The position numbers and the translations under genes are program-made. A stretch of 64,000 nt of DNA. It comes from Thermodesulfobacteriota bacterium (lineage in GTDB: Bacteria; Desulfobacterota; Desulfarculia; JACQYL01). This document shows positions 11,911 through 22,085 of the stretch, piece by piece. The first letter of the stretch is position 1; each line of letters begins with the position of its first letter. The stretch lies in assembly GCA_963675595.2 (NCBI GenBank), contig CAXXLZ010000002.1:4256001-4320000 (forward strand), in the 5' to 3' direction. A model generated the notes under the pieces. The model had not been told where the DNA came from, searched no databases, and saw only the letters and a list, made by a program, of their open reading frames with translations.

Positions 11911-13017
11911 ATGACCGATTTTATCTTTGTTGGATTGGATGTTCACCAGAAATCGATAGACGTTGCCTTGGCCGAAGGGTCCCGTGATGGAGAAGTCCGA
12001 TCTTACGGCAAGATCAACGGGGAGCCGTCGGATGTGGATCGATTGTTTCGCCGGCTGGGCTACAAGAAGGATCGGCTTCGGGTGGTCTACGAAGCCGGCC
12101 CATGCGGCTACGTTCTTTGCCGGCACCTGCATGCCCGGGGAATCCATTGCACGGTCGTGGCGCCCTCGCTGACGCCCCGACGAGCCGGCGATCGGATCAA
12201 GACGGATCGACGGGATGCGGTCACCCTGGCTCGTCTTCATCGGGCTGGAGAACTCACGGGGGTGTATGTTCCCCGTGTGGAGGACGAGGCGATACGGGAT
12301 TTGACCAGGGCCCGGGAGGATGCCAAGAGCTCGGAGCGAAAGGCCAAACAGCGGCTCAACGCCTTTTTGCTGCGCCACGGTCGGAAGTACGGCGGGCCGC
12401 GGAAGTGGAGCCGGGCCCACCGGAGGTGGCTTTCGGACCAGTCGTTTGAACACCCGGCCCAGCAGATCGTTTTTCAGGAGTATATCGACACCATTGAAGA
12501 GTGCGAGCGCCGGGTGGCGCGATTGGTGGAGCAGATTGGCGAGCAGGTGGAGCACTGGCCTATGAAACCGGTCGTGGAGGCCTTCCAATCGATGCGAGGC
12601 GTGTCGTTGATCGTGGCCGCCACTGTGGTGGCCGAAGTGGGCGACATGACGCGATTTGATGAGCCCGGGCAGTTGACGGCGTATCTGGGTTTGGTCCCCT
12701 CGGAGAGTTCCAGCGGAGGACGGCGCAAACAAGGAGGCATTACCAAGTCCGGCAACGGACATGCGCGCCGGGTATTGATCCAGGGGGCCTGGACCTATCG
12801 CTATCCGCCCCGAGTGGGCCGCAGGCTGAGGGATCGGCGGGAGGAGGCGCCGTCCGAGGTCTGCAAGATCGGCTGGAAGGCCCAGCTGCGTCTGTGCGGC
12901 CGGTACCACCGGCTGATGGCCCGGGGTAAGCCGTCGCAAGTGGCCGTCACGGCCATTGCAAGGGAGATGGCCGCCTTTCTGTGGGCGATCGCCAGAGAGG
13001 TTCCCGTTGCCGCTTAG
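11911..13017 (+). CDS. IS110-family DEDD transposase/recombinase
   Basis: FVGLDVH, YEAGPCG, IKTDRRDA, YLGLVPSESSSG, GITKSGN; GGAGG SD. Confidence 0.96.
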   Translation: MTDFIFVGLDVHQKSIDVALAEGSRDGEVRSYGKINGEPSDVDRLFRRLGYKKDRLRVVYEAGPCGYVLCRHLHARGIHCTVVAPSLTPRRAGDRIKTDRRDAVTLARLHRAGELTGVYVPRVEDEAIRDLTRAREDAKSSERKAKQRLNAFLLRHGRKYGGPRKWSRAHRRWLSDQSFEHPAQQIVFQEYIDTIEECERRVARLVEQIGEQVEHWPMKPVVEAFQSMRGVSLIVAATVVAEVGDMTRFDEPGQLTAYLGLVPSESSSGGRRKQGGITKSGNGHARRVLIQGAWTYRYPPRVGRRLRDRREEAPSEVCKIGWKAQLRLCGRYHRLMARGKPSQVAVTAIAREMAAFLWAIAREVPVAA

Positions 13018-13343
13018 CCTCACATCAACACCATATCGTTCGATTTGGAAGGAGGACGGCACTGTAAAAGGGAAAAACACCGGCTTCAACCTGTGAGCAG
13101 GGGCGCAACCGCGGTAAGGAGAATCCTCGTGACCTGATAGGAGATCTGGCATCTGCCGAACCCTCGTCTCTAGAAAGAGGCAGCTCCGCGACGAACCAAG
13201 TCCGGCGGTAACCAACCCGCGAATATCAGCATGATCCACCGTCGCTATGCAGGTTCCGCCTCTGTCCGCAGGTTGAAGTTCCATAAATGGTAGCCATACC
13301 CCAACGTTACAAGGGGCGGAAGAATTCTGCGCCCTATTGACGT
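13018..13343 (+). ncRNA. Putative bridge/seek RNA region of the IS1111-type element
   Basis: About 330-nt 3' non-coding region; CTGATAGG (13134-13141) is complementary to the reconstructed target CCTATCAG; ATATCAG (13223-13229) matches the circle junction. Confidence 0.7.
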
Positions 13344-15215
13344 GTGCAGCCATATCATCAGCCTGAAGATTTGCCTCTCTCCAGGGCCGTCCTAAGGGGC
13401 GAGGTCTCAAGGGATGTCACTGTGATTATCAGGCATGAATCCGGCGAGGAGCGTTGGGTTTCGGCGAACGCAGCCCCGATAGCCGATTCCGACGGGAGTA
13501 TTCGGGCCGGTATCGTGATCTTTCACGACATCACGGATCGTGTTCAGGCTGAAGCCGCTCTCAGGGAAAGTGAAGAGAGGTTTCGGACCCTCGTGGAAGA
13601 ATCTCCCCTAGCAATATCTTTAATAGCCAATGACGGCTGTTACAAATACGTAAACCCTCAGTTTCGGGAGACGTTCGGTTATACGATCGACGATGTCCCC
13701 ACCGGACGGGAATGGTTCAGGAAAGCCTTCCCTGACGAGACCTATCGGCGCCAAGTGGTCAAGACATGGGTCCAAGACCTGAAGCAAACCGGTATGGGAC
13801 AATCTAGACCACGTACCTACATTGTCACGTGTAAAGACGGATCCCGGAGAGAAATTTATTTCAGGCCGGTCACCATGCAGAACCTTGACCAGTTCGTGAT
13901 ATACGAGGACATCACCGAACGCAAGCGGGCCGAAGAGGAAAGGTTACGGCTTGAAGCCCAACTCCGTCAGGCGCAGAAAATGGAGGCACTCGGTACGCTG
14001 GCCGGGGGTATCGCGCATGACTTCAATAACATACTGGCGGCCATGATAGGCTACACCGAACTTGCGGTTGAAGGTCTTTCCAAAGGCTTGCCCGCAAGAG
14101 AACAACTGGCGCAAGTCTTGAAATCGGGAGATCGAGCCAAGGAATTGGTTCGCCAAATCCTGAGTTTCAGCAGAGCGACCGATCAGGAAAGGCGGCCCGC
14201 CGAAGTCCTTCCTATTGTGGAAGAAGCGCTGAAGCTGCTAAGAGCATCCATTCCCACCACCATTGATATAGAGCAGGAGGCGGAAGGGGTTTTAGGGACC
14301 GTGCTGGCGGACCCGACACAAATCCACCAACTGGTCATGAACCTGTGCACCAATGCCGCCCAAGCCATGCGAGATCGGGGGGGAGTCATGAGAGTGCGGC
14401 TTGAGAGGATCGAACTGGATGAGGATGCGGCGCGCAAATATGTCGAGTTAAGCCCGGGAGCGTATTTAAAGCTGAGCGTTACCGACACTGGAGAGGGTAT
14501 CGAGGAAAGCATACTGGATCGCATATTCGAGCCGTTTTTCACGACCAAAGAAACCGGACAAGGCACGGGTATGGGCCTTGCAGTAGTTCATGGGATCGTG
14601 AAAGCTCACTGCGGAAGCATAGAGGTGCAAAACAGGGCCGGTCGCGGCTGTACATTCTACGTTTACCTGCCGCTTTTTGAAAGCGAGGCGGAAAAGAGTG
14701 ATCCGCCGGAAACGATTCGTATCATAGCCGGCACTGGACATATCCTTTTCGTAGACGATGAAGAGTCCATAGCAGACTTGGGGAGGCAGATGTTGGAGCG
14801 ATTGGGCTACAAGGTCACCGCTTGCACCTCAAGTCGCCAGGCATTGGAAACGTTCAAAATCGACCCCACCCAGTTTGATATCGTGATCTCTGACCAGACC
14901 ATGCCACAAATGACCGGTTTGAGACTAGCCGGGGAGTTGATGAGCATAAAGCCGAATATACCTATTATCATCTGTACGGGTTACAGCACGGATATATCAC
15001 CCGAAAAAGCACAGGAATTCGGCGTTAGGCACGTCATAATGAAGCCCTATGCGTTCTGCGAGGTCGCCGCTTTGATCAGGAAAGTGATCGATGATAAGTC
15101 AGCAGGTTTTCCTTGAGCACGCGGATGAGGGACTAGGCTACATCCTCCCTTGCCCTCCGACTCTCGGACGAAAGAATAAGAACTCTCGTTTCCAGGAAAC
15201 CGATCACCTTAACCG

Positions 15216-15638
15216 TCAGAAGAAACCAAACAGCCCCCGGTCCTTCTTCTCCTGCATCGCGCCTCTGCGCTCTCTGGCCGACGCCGCGATGCCGGATAGC
15301 TGTTCCAATGACTTCCCGAACCTGCTCGAAAAGACCCAGCCTTCCCGGTAACCGTACCGCTTGTTGAAGCGGGAAACGTGGTCGATGAGCCCCATTCGCC
15401 GCATCTTGCTTCGGACGGTTTCGAGGATTCTCGGTGAGAAATCGTATTTGCCGCACAAAGGCTGAAGAGTGTTCAAGAATTCATGTTCAGCGTACTTGAG
15501 TTCGATGAAGATTGCGAGAAAAACTCGCTGATGGTTCTTGTTGGCTGGGAATAGGATAGCCGCGAGTTCATCCAGGTCCCGAGTCCTCGCGATCTTGTTA
15601 TGGCTGAGTTCGATTTTTGTGTTGACGATTGCGATCAC
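15216..15638 (-). CDS. Hypothetical winged-helix-like protein
   Basis: 140-aa ORF coupled to the upstream gene; VRSKMRRMGLIDHV resembles a wHTH. Confidence 0.7.
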   Translation of the reverse strand: MIAIVNTKIELSHNKIARTRDLDELAAILFPANKNHQRVFLAIFIELKYAEHEFLNTLQPLCGKYDFSPRILETVRSKMRRMGLIDHVSRFNKRYGYREGWVFSSRFGKSLEQLSGIAASARERRGAMQEKKDRGLFGFF

Positions 15639-16006
15639 CTCGACCGGGCCAGGTGCTGGAGAACGACCGGCTTACCGTAACCATTCTCTTTCAGGGCTTT
15701 CTTCCTCAGTTCGACTCGTTGTTTTGCGATCTCAAGAGCCATCGTCCTGAGTTCTGTCCCCAATAGGCTCTCCACCCAATAGATGGTGGTGTATGCAGAA
15801 ACGTAGATATCTCCCAGAAGCCGTTGGAACCGCCACCTGATTCCCTGGCGGGAGAGTCCGAAGATCCGCTCAATCTTGTCGCCGTAATTTCTGCGCAAAA
15901 CGAACCGCTTCAGGCCGTCTTCCTTCAGCTCAATCTTGAGATCACTATCTTCGATCAACATCTTGAGCTTTTCAATAAATTCCTTGTCCTTTTCAGTCAG
16001 TTTCAT
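15635..16006 (-). CDS. Hypothetical HTH-like protein
   Basis: 123 aa; FGLSRQGIRWRFQR resembles an HTH recognition helix; coupled in an operon. Confidence 0.7.
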   Translation of the reverse strand: MKLTEKDKEFIEKLKMLIEDSDLKIELKEDGLKRFVLRRNYGDKIERIFGLSRQGIRWRFQRLLGDIYVSAYTTIYWVESLLGTELRTMALEIAKQRVELRKKALKENGYGKPVVLQHLARSR

Positions 16007-16808
16007 AATAGGGCGGCTCGATTTCGATATCCGAGCCGTATTGTGTCACCTGCACTTCGCAATCCTGAAGCAGGAAAATCAGAGCCACAAATCGCATCGC
16101 CCGATCTCTCCGGGCATTATCGATCAGGGGGTCAATCCTGGAAAACATGATTTGTCGATACCTATGAACCGAATCCAGGATATGGCGTCTGTACCGGGAC
16201 AGCCCAGGAAGATTCCCAGTCAGGGAGAACTCCTCGCCCCAAACTCCCGCGTCAAAACCCATGAAACCCGACAATGCTTCAGTAAACCCGGGCAAACGAT
16301 CAAGCCGTGGTTCCTCCAGTAACGCCAACCCGCCCGACCGCCCTTCTCGACGGGCGAGCCTCATCATCTCTCTTCGCCTTCTTGCCTTGGCTCTCGATTC
16401 AGCCATTCGTTGCCGGAAATAAACCTTGTCGAAGACCCGTTCATCGAACAAGAACCGGGACGGCACGGTCTTCCCACAAGAAGCGCACGCATAATGAAGA
16501 CTCCGCCTGACCAGCTTCGCTCCGCAACAGCCGCTCCTTTGAAACACCACTGTGGGGTCCAGTTCATGGTCGCTCACACAGGCCGCCGAACCGGGTTCAA
16601 GCATCCGCAGGTTTTCGCCGCAAACAGGACACGGATGATTCGCCAGCATAACGTCATAGTAGTAGTCTCGGGCCGACGCCTTGTATTGAGCAACGCCGAA
16701 AACAAACTCCCCGATAATCCGGCCGAGGGCTTCCTCCGGCTCTTCCATGTCCAAAATTATCGCTGGGCGTTCGCTGTAGTGATCCGGCTCCAGGGTTTCG
16801 CATTCCAT
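15993..16808 (-). CDS. Zn-finger protein with ScpA/kleisin-like C-terminus
   Basis: CPVC, CC and CASC motifs; C-terminal RFVALIFLLQDCEVQVTQYGSDIEI resembles the ScpA C-terminal wHTH. Confidence 0.65.
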   Translation of the reverse strand: MECETLEPDHYSERPAIILDMEEPEEALGRIIGEFVFGVAQYKASARDYYYDVMLANHPCPVCGENLRMLEPGSAACVSDHELDPTVVFQRSGCCGAKLVRRSLHYACASCGKTVPSRFLFDERVFDKVYFRQRMAESRAKARRRREMMRLARREGRSGGLALLEEPRLDRLPGFTEALSGFMGFDAGVWGEEFSLTGNLPGLSRYRRHILDSVHRYRQIMFSRIDPLIDNARRDRAMRFVALIFLLQDCEVQVTQYGSDIEIEPPYYETD

Positions 16809-16913
16809 CTATCGCGGAAAGCAAAGCATTGATATAAACCTTTCGCTCCCACGCCGCAGAATTCGGAAAAGTTTATATACACCAGGGCCTTACCGAGTCC
16901 CGAGGTGATACCG

Positions 16914-17060
16914 ATGCCAAGACCCTATAAGTGCCCATATTGCGGCGCAACCCAAAGCCACTGGAAAGGATACAGGCCCCTTGCCCAGGGAAAAGTCAGA
17001 CTCCGGATGTGCACCAAGTGCCACCGGAAGTTCACGACTCGGGTTAAGATCGCCGAATAA
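16914..17060 (+). CDS. Small Zn-ribbon protein (48 aa, MPRPYKCPYCG...CTKCHRKFTT); not in the ORF track
   Basis: Two CxxC motifs; GAGGTGA SD at 16902-16908; TAA at 17058-17060. Confidence 0.75.
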   Translation: MPRPYKCPYCGATQSHWKGYRPLAQGKVRLRMCTKCHRKFTTRVKIAE

Positions 17061-17075
17061 CCACCCGACGGACCT

Positions 17076-18350
17076 TCAATGAAGACCGCCGAACGACCCG
17101 GCACCAAATCCTTCTCTTGACAAGAACCGGCTGAGGGTTTCCTTGGGAAGCGATCTCGATATTTCTCTTGTCTGGCCGTACCTGCCGCGTGATATCAGCC
17201 TGGCGTTGATCAGTCCGTAGAGGTCAAGGGAACCGATAATGTCCGAGAACCTTCGTTGCGTCAGCGGCCTGACCCGTTCCAACTCGCAGAAATTGGCGTA
17301 TCGATCATAGGCCTCGCCTGTAGTGACCCGTTTCGAAGTCTTGGCCAACAGATCGTAGCAGGAAAGAAGCGCAAGTTTCTGCTGCGGCGCGAGAGCCCGA
17401 ACCATTTCTTCGGTCTTGTCCATCTCCAATCTGTGCTCAGCCAGATCCACGATTTCTTCGGACAGCCTGCCGCCGGTTTCCTGTGCCACTTTGGCCGACT
17501 TTGATAGAAGTTCCACCGCCTTCCTCGCATCACCGGTTTCCCGCGACGCCAGGGCCGCGATCTTTCGAACAGCAGCTTCGTCCACCTTTGACTTGTCCAA
17601 CGCCTTTTCCACCCGAAGATTCAGAATTTCGATCAAATCCAAGGCGTTATAGGGTTCAAAGAGCATGTCCGTCTTCTTGAGAACGCTCAGAATACGCGGA
17701 TCCAGCATCTTGTCCCAGTTCAGTTTGTTCGTGACCATAATGAGAACCAACCGGCAGGGAATCTTTCTCGGAAGGGTCTTTCCGAGGAAGGTAATAAACT
17801 CGTCCGCATTGGGCTTGATGTTATCCGCCTCATCAATCAGGAGGCACAAGAAACCCTGAAATCGGTTCAGCTCTTCGATGATGCGTTCCTGCATCTGATC
17901 AATGGGAATGCCTTTCCTGTAAGTACGAATCGATTCATTGAGTGCTCTTGCAAGTTCATTCAACGCTCCGAAAGAGGACCTGGGCGAGGTCAAGTCCACG
18001 TATCTGTACTGAAACCCGACGGACTGCGTTCGGCAATATTCCTGGAACGTCGAAAGGACGTGAATGAGGGAAACCGTTTTCCCTGAACCCGTAGGCCCGA
18101 AGATCAGCAGAGAACTCGGATGATCGCCGTCCAGGATCGGAGTCAGATGACAGACGATGCGCTTAAGCTGCTCCTCCCTGATATTCCGATCAAAAATCTC
18201 CTTCAGAACCGAAGTTCGCTCTTCCTCTGGCAACTTCTCGTCGTCCAGATAGTTGGGGTTCAAAATAAGGCGATGATTCTTCTGTGAGTCATGCAATGTG
18301 CGGATGAATTGCAAGGAAGCTTCGGAATGATCTCCACCGGACATTTTCAA
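17076..18350 (-). CDS. cdc6: Orc1/Cdc6-family AAA+ replication initiator
   Basis: GPTGSGKT Walker A, LLIDEAD Walker B, LDPRILS, FEPYNALDLIEIL..R, GDARKAVELL, and C-terminal wHTH TGEAY..Y...C..RPLTQRRFSDII..LDLYGLI..GRYGQTR. Confidence 0.9.
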   Translation of the reverse strand: MKMSGGDHSEASLQFIRTLHDSQKNHRLILNPNYLDDEKLPEEERTSVLKEIFDRNIREEQLKRIVCHLTPILDGDHPSSLLIFGPTGSGKTVSLIHVLSTFQEYCRTQSVGFQYRYVDLTSPRSSFGALNELARALNESIRTYRKGIPIDQMQERIIEELNRFQGFLCLLIDEADNIKPNADEFITFLGKTLPRKIPCRLVLIMVTNKLNWDKMLDPRILSVLKKTDMLFEPYNALDLIEILNLRVEKALDKSKVDEAAVRKIAALASRETGDARKAVELLSKSAKVAQETGGRLSEEIVDLAEHRLEMDKTEEMVRALAPQQKLALLSCYDLLAKTSKRVTTGEAYDRYANFCELERVRPLTQRRFSDIIGSLDLYGLINARLISRGRYGQTREISRSLPKETLSRFLSREGFGAGSFGGLH

Positions 18351-18793
18351 GCGATTCTTCTACAGGACATCTATAAATAGTTTTCGGTTAAATGCATTGT
18401 CGTCACCTGACAGTGAACCGGATGTTAAGTGTGGGAAAGTTTCTCGTGGAACTTTCAGTTTCAGTTTTTAGTGATGTTTTCTTTTCCTTATTATTATTTA
18501 TTTCTATATAGAAACTATATAATATAATATAAAAGCCGCGAAAATATAGAAAAGTTTTTAAATGAAAACACTTCAGAATAGTAACAAGAAACAAAAATAA
18601 CACACCCAACAAAAGGTTTTCAAGTTTTCCACGCGACATTTACACACACTCTAAAAGCTGATTTTGAATCACTATTGAGTGACAACGTGGAGGCCATGAC
18701 GTCCCTCAAAGACCTCGATCACCGACGGTATTTCAAGAAAACCCGAAACAATCGGCCATTCGACAGTACAAGAGCCACGTTTCCACCGGAAAT
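18332..18793. other. Putative archaeal-type replication origin: AT-rich unwinding element with ORB-like boxes
   Basis: Very AT-rich tract at about 18470-18600; YTCYACnnGAMAY boxes at 18332, 18358, 18627 and 18781 (+) and at 18439-18451 (-); adjacent to cdc6. Confidence 0.6.
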
Positions 18794-18861
18794 TTACTCG
18801 GGTTCCTGAAGCCATTCGGCGTCAATCCCTCCATTCCTCTGAGGAAATTTCCCATACCAAC

Positions 18862-19365
18862 CTACATCTCGTCCCAGCCGATATACTGAGCCGGACTTTC
18901 CCCCACCCTTTCGACGATCTTGGGATATTTTTCTCCCGGAGCCGCTTTTCCGATCTCGATCACCCGGATTTCGTGCCACCAATCATCTCCGAAATCGAAC
19001 CAATAGAAGAAGTGATCGCCCTCTTTCAGGTTCAGAGAGCCGATCTTGGTTCTTGAAACGTCTCCTGCAGGCGGAGGAGTTCCCATCAGGTCTCCCTCCA
19101 TTTCGATGGGCAGCACATACCTCGCCGCCTCGGGATCCTGCGGTATTTTGGAGAGCTGAAACTCGTAGAGGTGCTCGTCTTCACGATCAAAGGCTCTGAA
19201 GATCGCCCGGTGAAGCTGCCCCAGGGTATGCTTGCCTCGAACTTGAATGACACGGAATACCGCCGGGTTCTTTGCGATGAAGGTCTTGCTCATGGGTCCG
19301 TTTGCAATGGAGACCTTTAAAGCGTACAGATTTTCCGCCCGCTTTCCTCCGGAACTCGTCGCCAT
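18862..19365 (-). CDS. Plasmid pRiA4b ORF-3 family protein
   Basis: TLGQLHRAIFRAF..EDEHLYEF and YWFDFGDDWWHEI motifs. Confidence 0.88.
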   Translation of the reverse strand: MATSSGGKRAENLYALKVSIANGPMSKTFIAKNPAVFRVIQVRGKHTLGQLHRAIFRAFDREDEHLYEFQLSKIPQDPEAARYVLPIEMEGDLMGTPPPAGDVSRTKIGSLNLKEGDHFFYWFDFGDDWWHEIRVIEIGKAAPGEKYPKIVERVGESPAQYIGWDEM

Positions 19366-19465
19366 TCACTTCCTCCTTGGTGATCCGAACATCAAAAAAC
19401 TTATAAAGGAATGAACTTACCGGTATCCAACGGAATCGGCAAGAACCGATTCGGAGGTGCACACC

Positions 19466-19909
19466 ATGGCAATGGAAACAAATTCGGCCACATCCGGCAC
19501 ACCATCAAGCGGCTGTCCCACTTGGGACGGAATGGGCATATCCGGCGATCTGCCGCCCTTTTTCAAGCCCACCGAAGACATGAAACGAAACGGCTTCGAA
19601 GTGATCTTTCTGTCCGACGGTCCCAGGAGAGAGACCGAGAACAACTTCGACAAGAACTCGAAAGACCTCTGGTTCGATATCTCCTACCAGGACAAGGAAA
19701 TGACCTGGACCATCAGCCAGATCAGCCTGCTTTCCGAACTGAAGAAGCATTCACCGCTGAAGGAGAAGATCCTCAGGATACGCCTTGTTCCGGTGACCGA
19801 AGAATTCAGGAAAAAGCGGCCGAAGTACAGAGGCAGTGAGCGATACCAGGTTGAAGAAATCCGAGAAAACCGATTCGACAAGATCGACGTGGAAGAACTG
19901 ACGGTATAG
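19466..19909 (+). CDS. Hypothetical protein, possibly OB-fold nucleic-acid binding
   Basis: GGAGGTG SD; beta-rich pattern and acidic tail. Confidence 0.65.
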   Translation: MAMETNSATSGTPSSGCPTWDGMGISGDLPPFFKPTEDMKRNGFEVIFLSDGPRRETENNFDKNSKDLWFDISYQDKEMTWTISQISLLSELKKHSPLKEKILRIRLVPVTEEFRKKRPKYRGSERYQVEEIRENRFDKIDVEELTV

Positions 19910-20048
19910 ATATTCTTTCTTCTTTTTGTTTCAGCCGATCGGAGATAAGACGTGCGAAACAGACTCAAGTAATGGACGGAAGGAAAGACGGTCTGAACCG
20001 CCGACAGAACGAAAGCAGGCTGTAATCTCAGGGGACTTTATCTGAAGC

Positions 20049-20771
20049 TCAGCCCAAGGTCGTGAGACCATGGAGGATCGCGTATTTGGTCAACTGGGAC
20101 ATTCGCCTGGTTTTCAGCTTCTTCACAATATTCCTGCGGTGATTTTCCACCGTATTCACGCTGACACAGAGTATGGCCGCCATCTCCGCACTGGTCTTCC
20201 CCTCGGTCATACCCTGGAGAACTTCCTTTTCTCTCGAGGTCAACGAAGGAAGCGACCGGTGTCCGTTTCCATTGCCTAGCGCAAGCGCTTGAAACGCCTC
20301 AGTCATCGTTTCAGCGGATTTGCGGCAAAGATACATCCGGCCTTCGAGCACCGAACGAACAGCCGCGACCAGCTCATGCAATCCGCTTTGACTGAGCACA
20401 TACCCCATGGCCCCAGCGACGAGCATTTTGAACATGGGGTCCCATTCCGAATCCGGCGCGACTCCGACCACCCGGGTTTTTCGAAACCGATGCGTGATTT
20501 GGCGCGCGGTCTCGATACCGTTCAAACCCTTCATGGAAGTGTTCACGATCACCACGTCCGAGGGCGTATTGGACAGCAGTTTAAGTGCTTCATGACCTTC
20601 CAAAGCTTCACCCGAAACCTCGAAATCAGGAACAGAGCCCATCGCGTGCCGCAATCCTTCGAGAACCATCCTGTGGTTGTCCACCAGGAATATCCGCTTT
20701 TTCTCGAGTTCTTCCCTTGCTCCGCCTTGCCCCGGTTGCTCCATGATCACCCTCCGTAACAGACGATCCAT
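20049..20771 (-). CDS. NarL/LuxR-family response regulator with atypical receiver
   Basis: REC-like N-terminus (LVDNH; VIVNTSM in place of the Asp site); LTSREKEVL..S.NTVENHRRNI LuxR HTH. Confidence 0.9.
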   Translation of the reverse strand: MDRLLRRVIMEQPGQGGAREELEKKRIFLVDNHRMVLEGLRHAMGSVPDFEVSGEALEGHEALKLLSNTPSDVVIVNTSMKGLNGIETARQITHRFRKTRVVGVAPDSEWDPMFKMLVAGAMGYVLSQSGLHELVAAVRSVLEGRMYLCRKSAETMTEAFQALALGNGNGHRSLPSLTSREKEVLQGMTEGKTSAEMAAILCVSVNTVENHRRNIVKKLKTRRMSQLTKYAILHGLTTLG

Positions 20772-20881
20772 TGTTCAATCGGAAATCCGGCAGAAGATAC
20801 CGAGACCTCCCGAAAGCAAAATGTTGGATTCAGAGAAAAAGCATCCTATAAAAAGATGAAACCGTGCGCAATCGTGATAAT

Positions 20882-20909
20882 CATGAGGTTTTCTCATGAA
20901 ATTCATGAG
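20882..20909. promoter_or_regulatory. Overlapping inverted repeats upstream of the LuxR-type regulator
   Basis: CATGAG-gtttt-CTCATG and CTCATGAA-a-TTCATGAG. Confidence 0.5.
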
Positions 20910-21417
20910 TTAAATCTGTGGAAATCGCTAGACCAGCTAATGGATTTTATGATATGGAGCAGCGAAAAAAGAGGGGTGCAGGGCGGCCATCGGGTCAACC
21001 CATTACGATCTTTAGACTTTTGGGCGGGCATAGTCTCCGGAGAATGATAACACGGCCGTTACAACGTCGGACATGGACACGACGCGTGGGAAGAACAATC
21101 AAGATCCCTGCAGCGGGGGGATGAAAGCCGAGTCAATCGCAGGGAAATAGTTGATAGCCGCTCAAACCGTCCTATGAATGCAAACACCACCTTCGCCGTG
21201 GACATCTCCGCCGAAAGTGGATTCCGGTGTCGCGAGACTCTGAGACCGGCAGGTGCCCGGGACTACCCTCCGGTGAGCCTGTGCAAGGGAAGCTTCGAGC
21301 CTGCGAACGTGATCAATGACAGACCGCCAACGATCGGTCGGAACATTGGGCGGGTTCGGCGTTTTCGGGGGCGAGATGAAAGGCCTCTTCGCCCGTCTCC
21401 CTAAAGCCCGTTCCGCC

Positions 21418-21948
21418 TCATTTTGTTCCTTTTGAAAGCCTGATCGTTCGAGTAACCGTCTCGTGGGTATCATGGGAGATTCTTCCGTCGGCAAGCATCT
21501 CGTCGGCAAGGTCTTGTGCAGCGGCAAGATCAAGACGCCCGTCTTCAAGCCGATCCCGAAGCTCGTCCTTCATTTCCATGGCCTTTCCATCACGTCGTTT
21601 CAGGATTTGATGATCCTCGGAAAGATCGATCAGGCGATCCATCGACAGGTCCACGGAATCCAGGTCTTCTTCGAACTGCTCTCTTCCCTTCTCGGAGAGA
21701 TAGCGATGAAATTTGTCTTCCCATTCCGGCTGTGAGATGAGTCCTTTGTCGTAAAGGTCATCGTACACTTCGAACTTCCGGTCGGCGCTCAGCTCCTCGG
21801 CCTCCAAAGGCTCTTCCGGCTCAGTTTCGAAGGACAACAACTTCTTCCCCGCCTCCATGAACCAATCCATGAGGCCCTCGACCTCCTGATCTTCCTCAAC
21901 AGAATCACAATCGAATTCCTCTTCCCCTCGTTCCCAATCCTTTCTCAC
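21418..21948 (-). CDS. Acidic hypothetical protein
   Basis: GTG start with GGAGG SD; D/E-rich ORF. Confidence 0.65.
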   Translation of the reverse strand: MRKDWERGEEEFDCDSVEEDQEVEGLMDWFMEAGKKLLSFETEPEEPLEAEELSADRKFEVYDDLYDKGLISQPEWEDKFHRYLSEKGREQFEEDLDSVDLSMDRLIDLSEDHQILKRRDGKAMEMKDELRDRLEDGRLDLAAAQDLADEMLADGRISHDTHETVTRTIRLSKGTK

Positions 21949-22085
21949 GGCAAACCTCCCTTTTCCAATAGAAGTGCTCGGAAAGAAATTTTCGTGTTTT
22001 GATTTTTTTCCCACACGTTTTCGATCGAGGGATCACTGGAGGAGTAAGGCAGGACGAAAACCACCCCAAACAAAAGGAGAAAGCC

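Larger units (their letters stand above)
11805..13356 (+). mobile_element. IS110-family (IS1111 group) insertion sequence
   Basis: Subterminal inverted repeats ATGGCTGCAC (11812-11821) and GTGCAGCCAT (13344-13353), 7 and 3 nt from the ends; no target duplication; boundary ambiguous by 1 nt. Confidence 0.92.
10022..15116 (+). pseudogene. Multi-PAS hybrid histidine kinase (HDFNN type) interrupted by an IS110-family element; 5' part 10022-11804, 3' part 13357-15116
   Basis: Removing 11805-13356 restores the in-frame ...YPDGTP-Y-QPEDLPLSRA...; the 3' part has AGGIAHDFNN, GTGMGL and a REC domain. Confidence 0.92.

Noticed and set aside
11803-13410. 535-aa minus-strand ORF
   Set aside because: It is the antisense shadow of the IS110 transposase and has no motifs.
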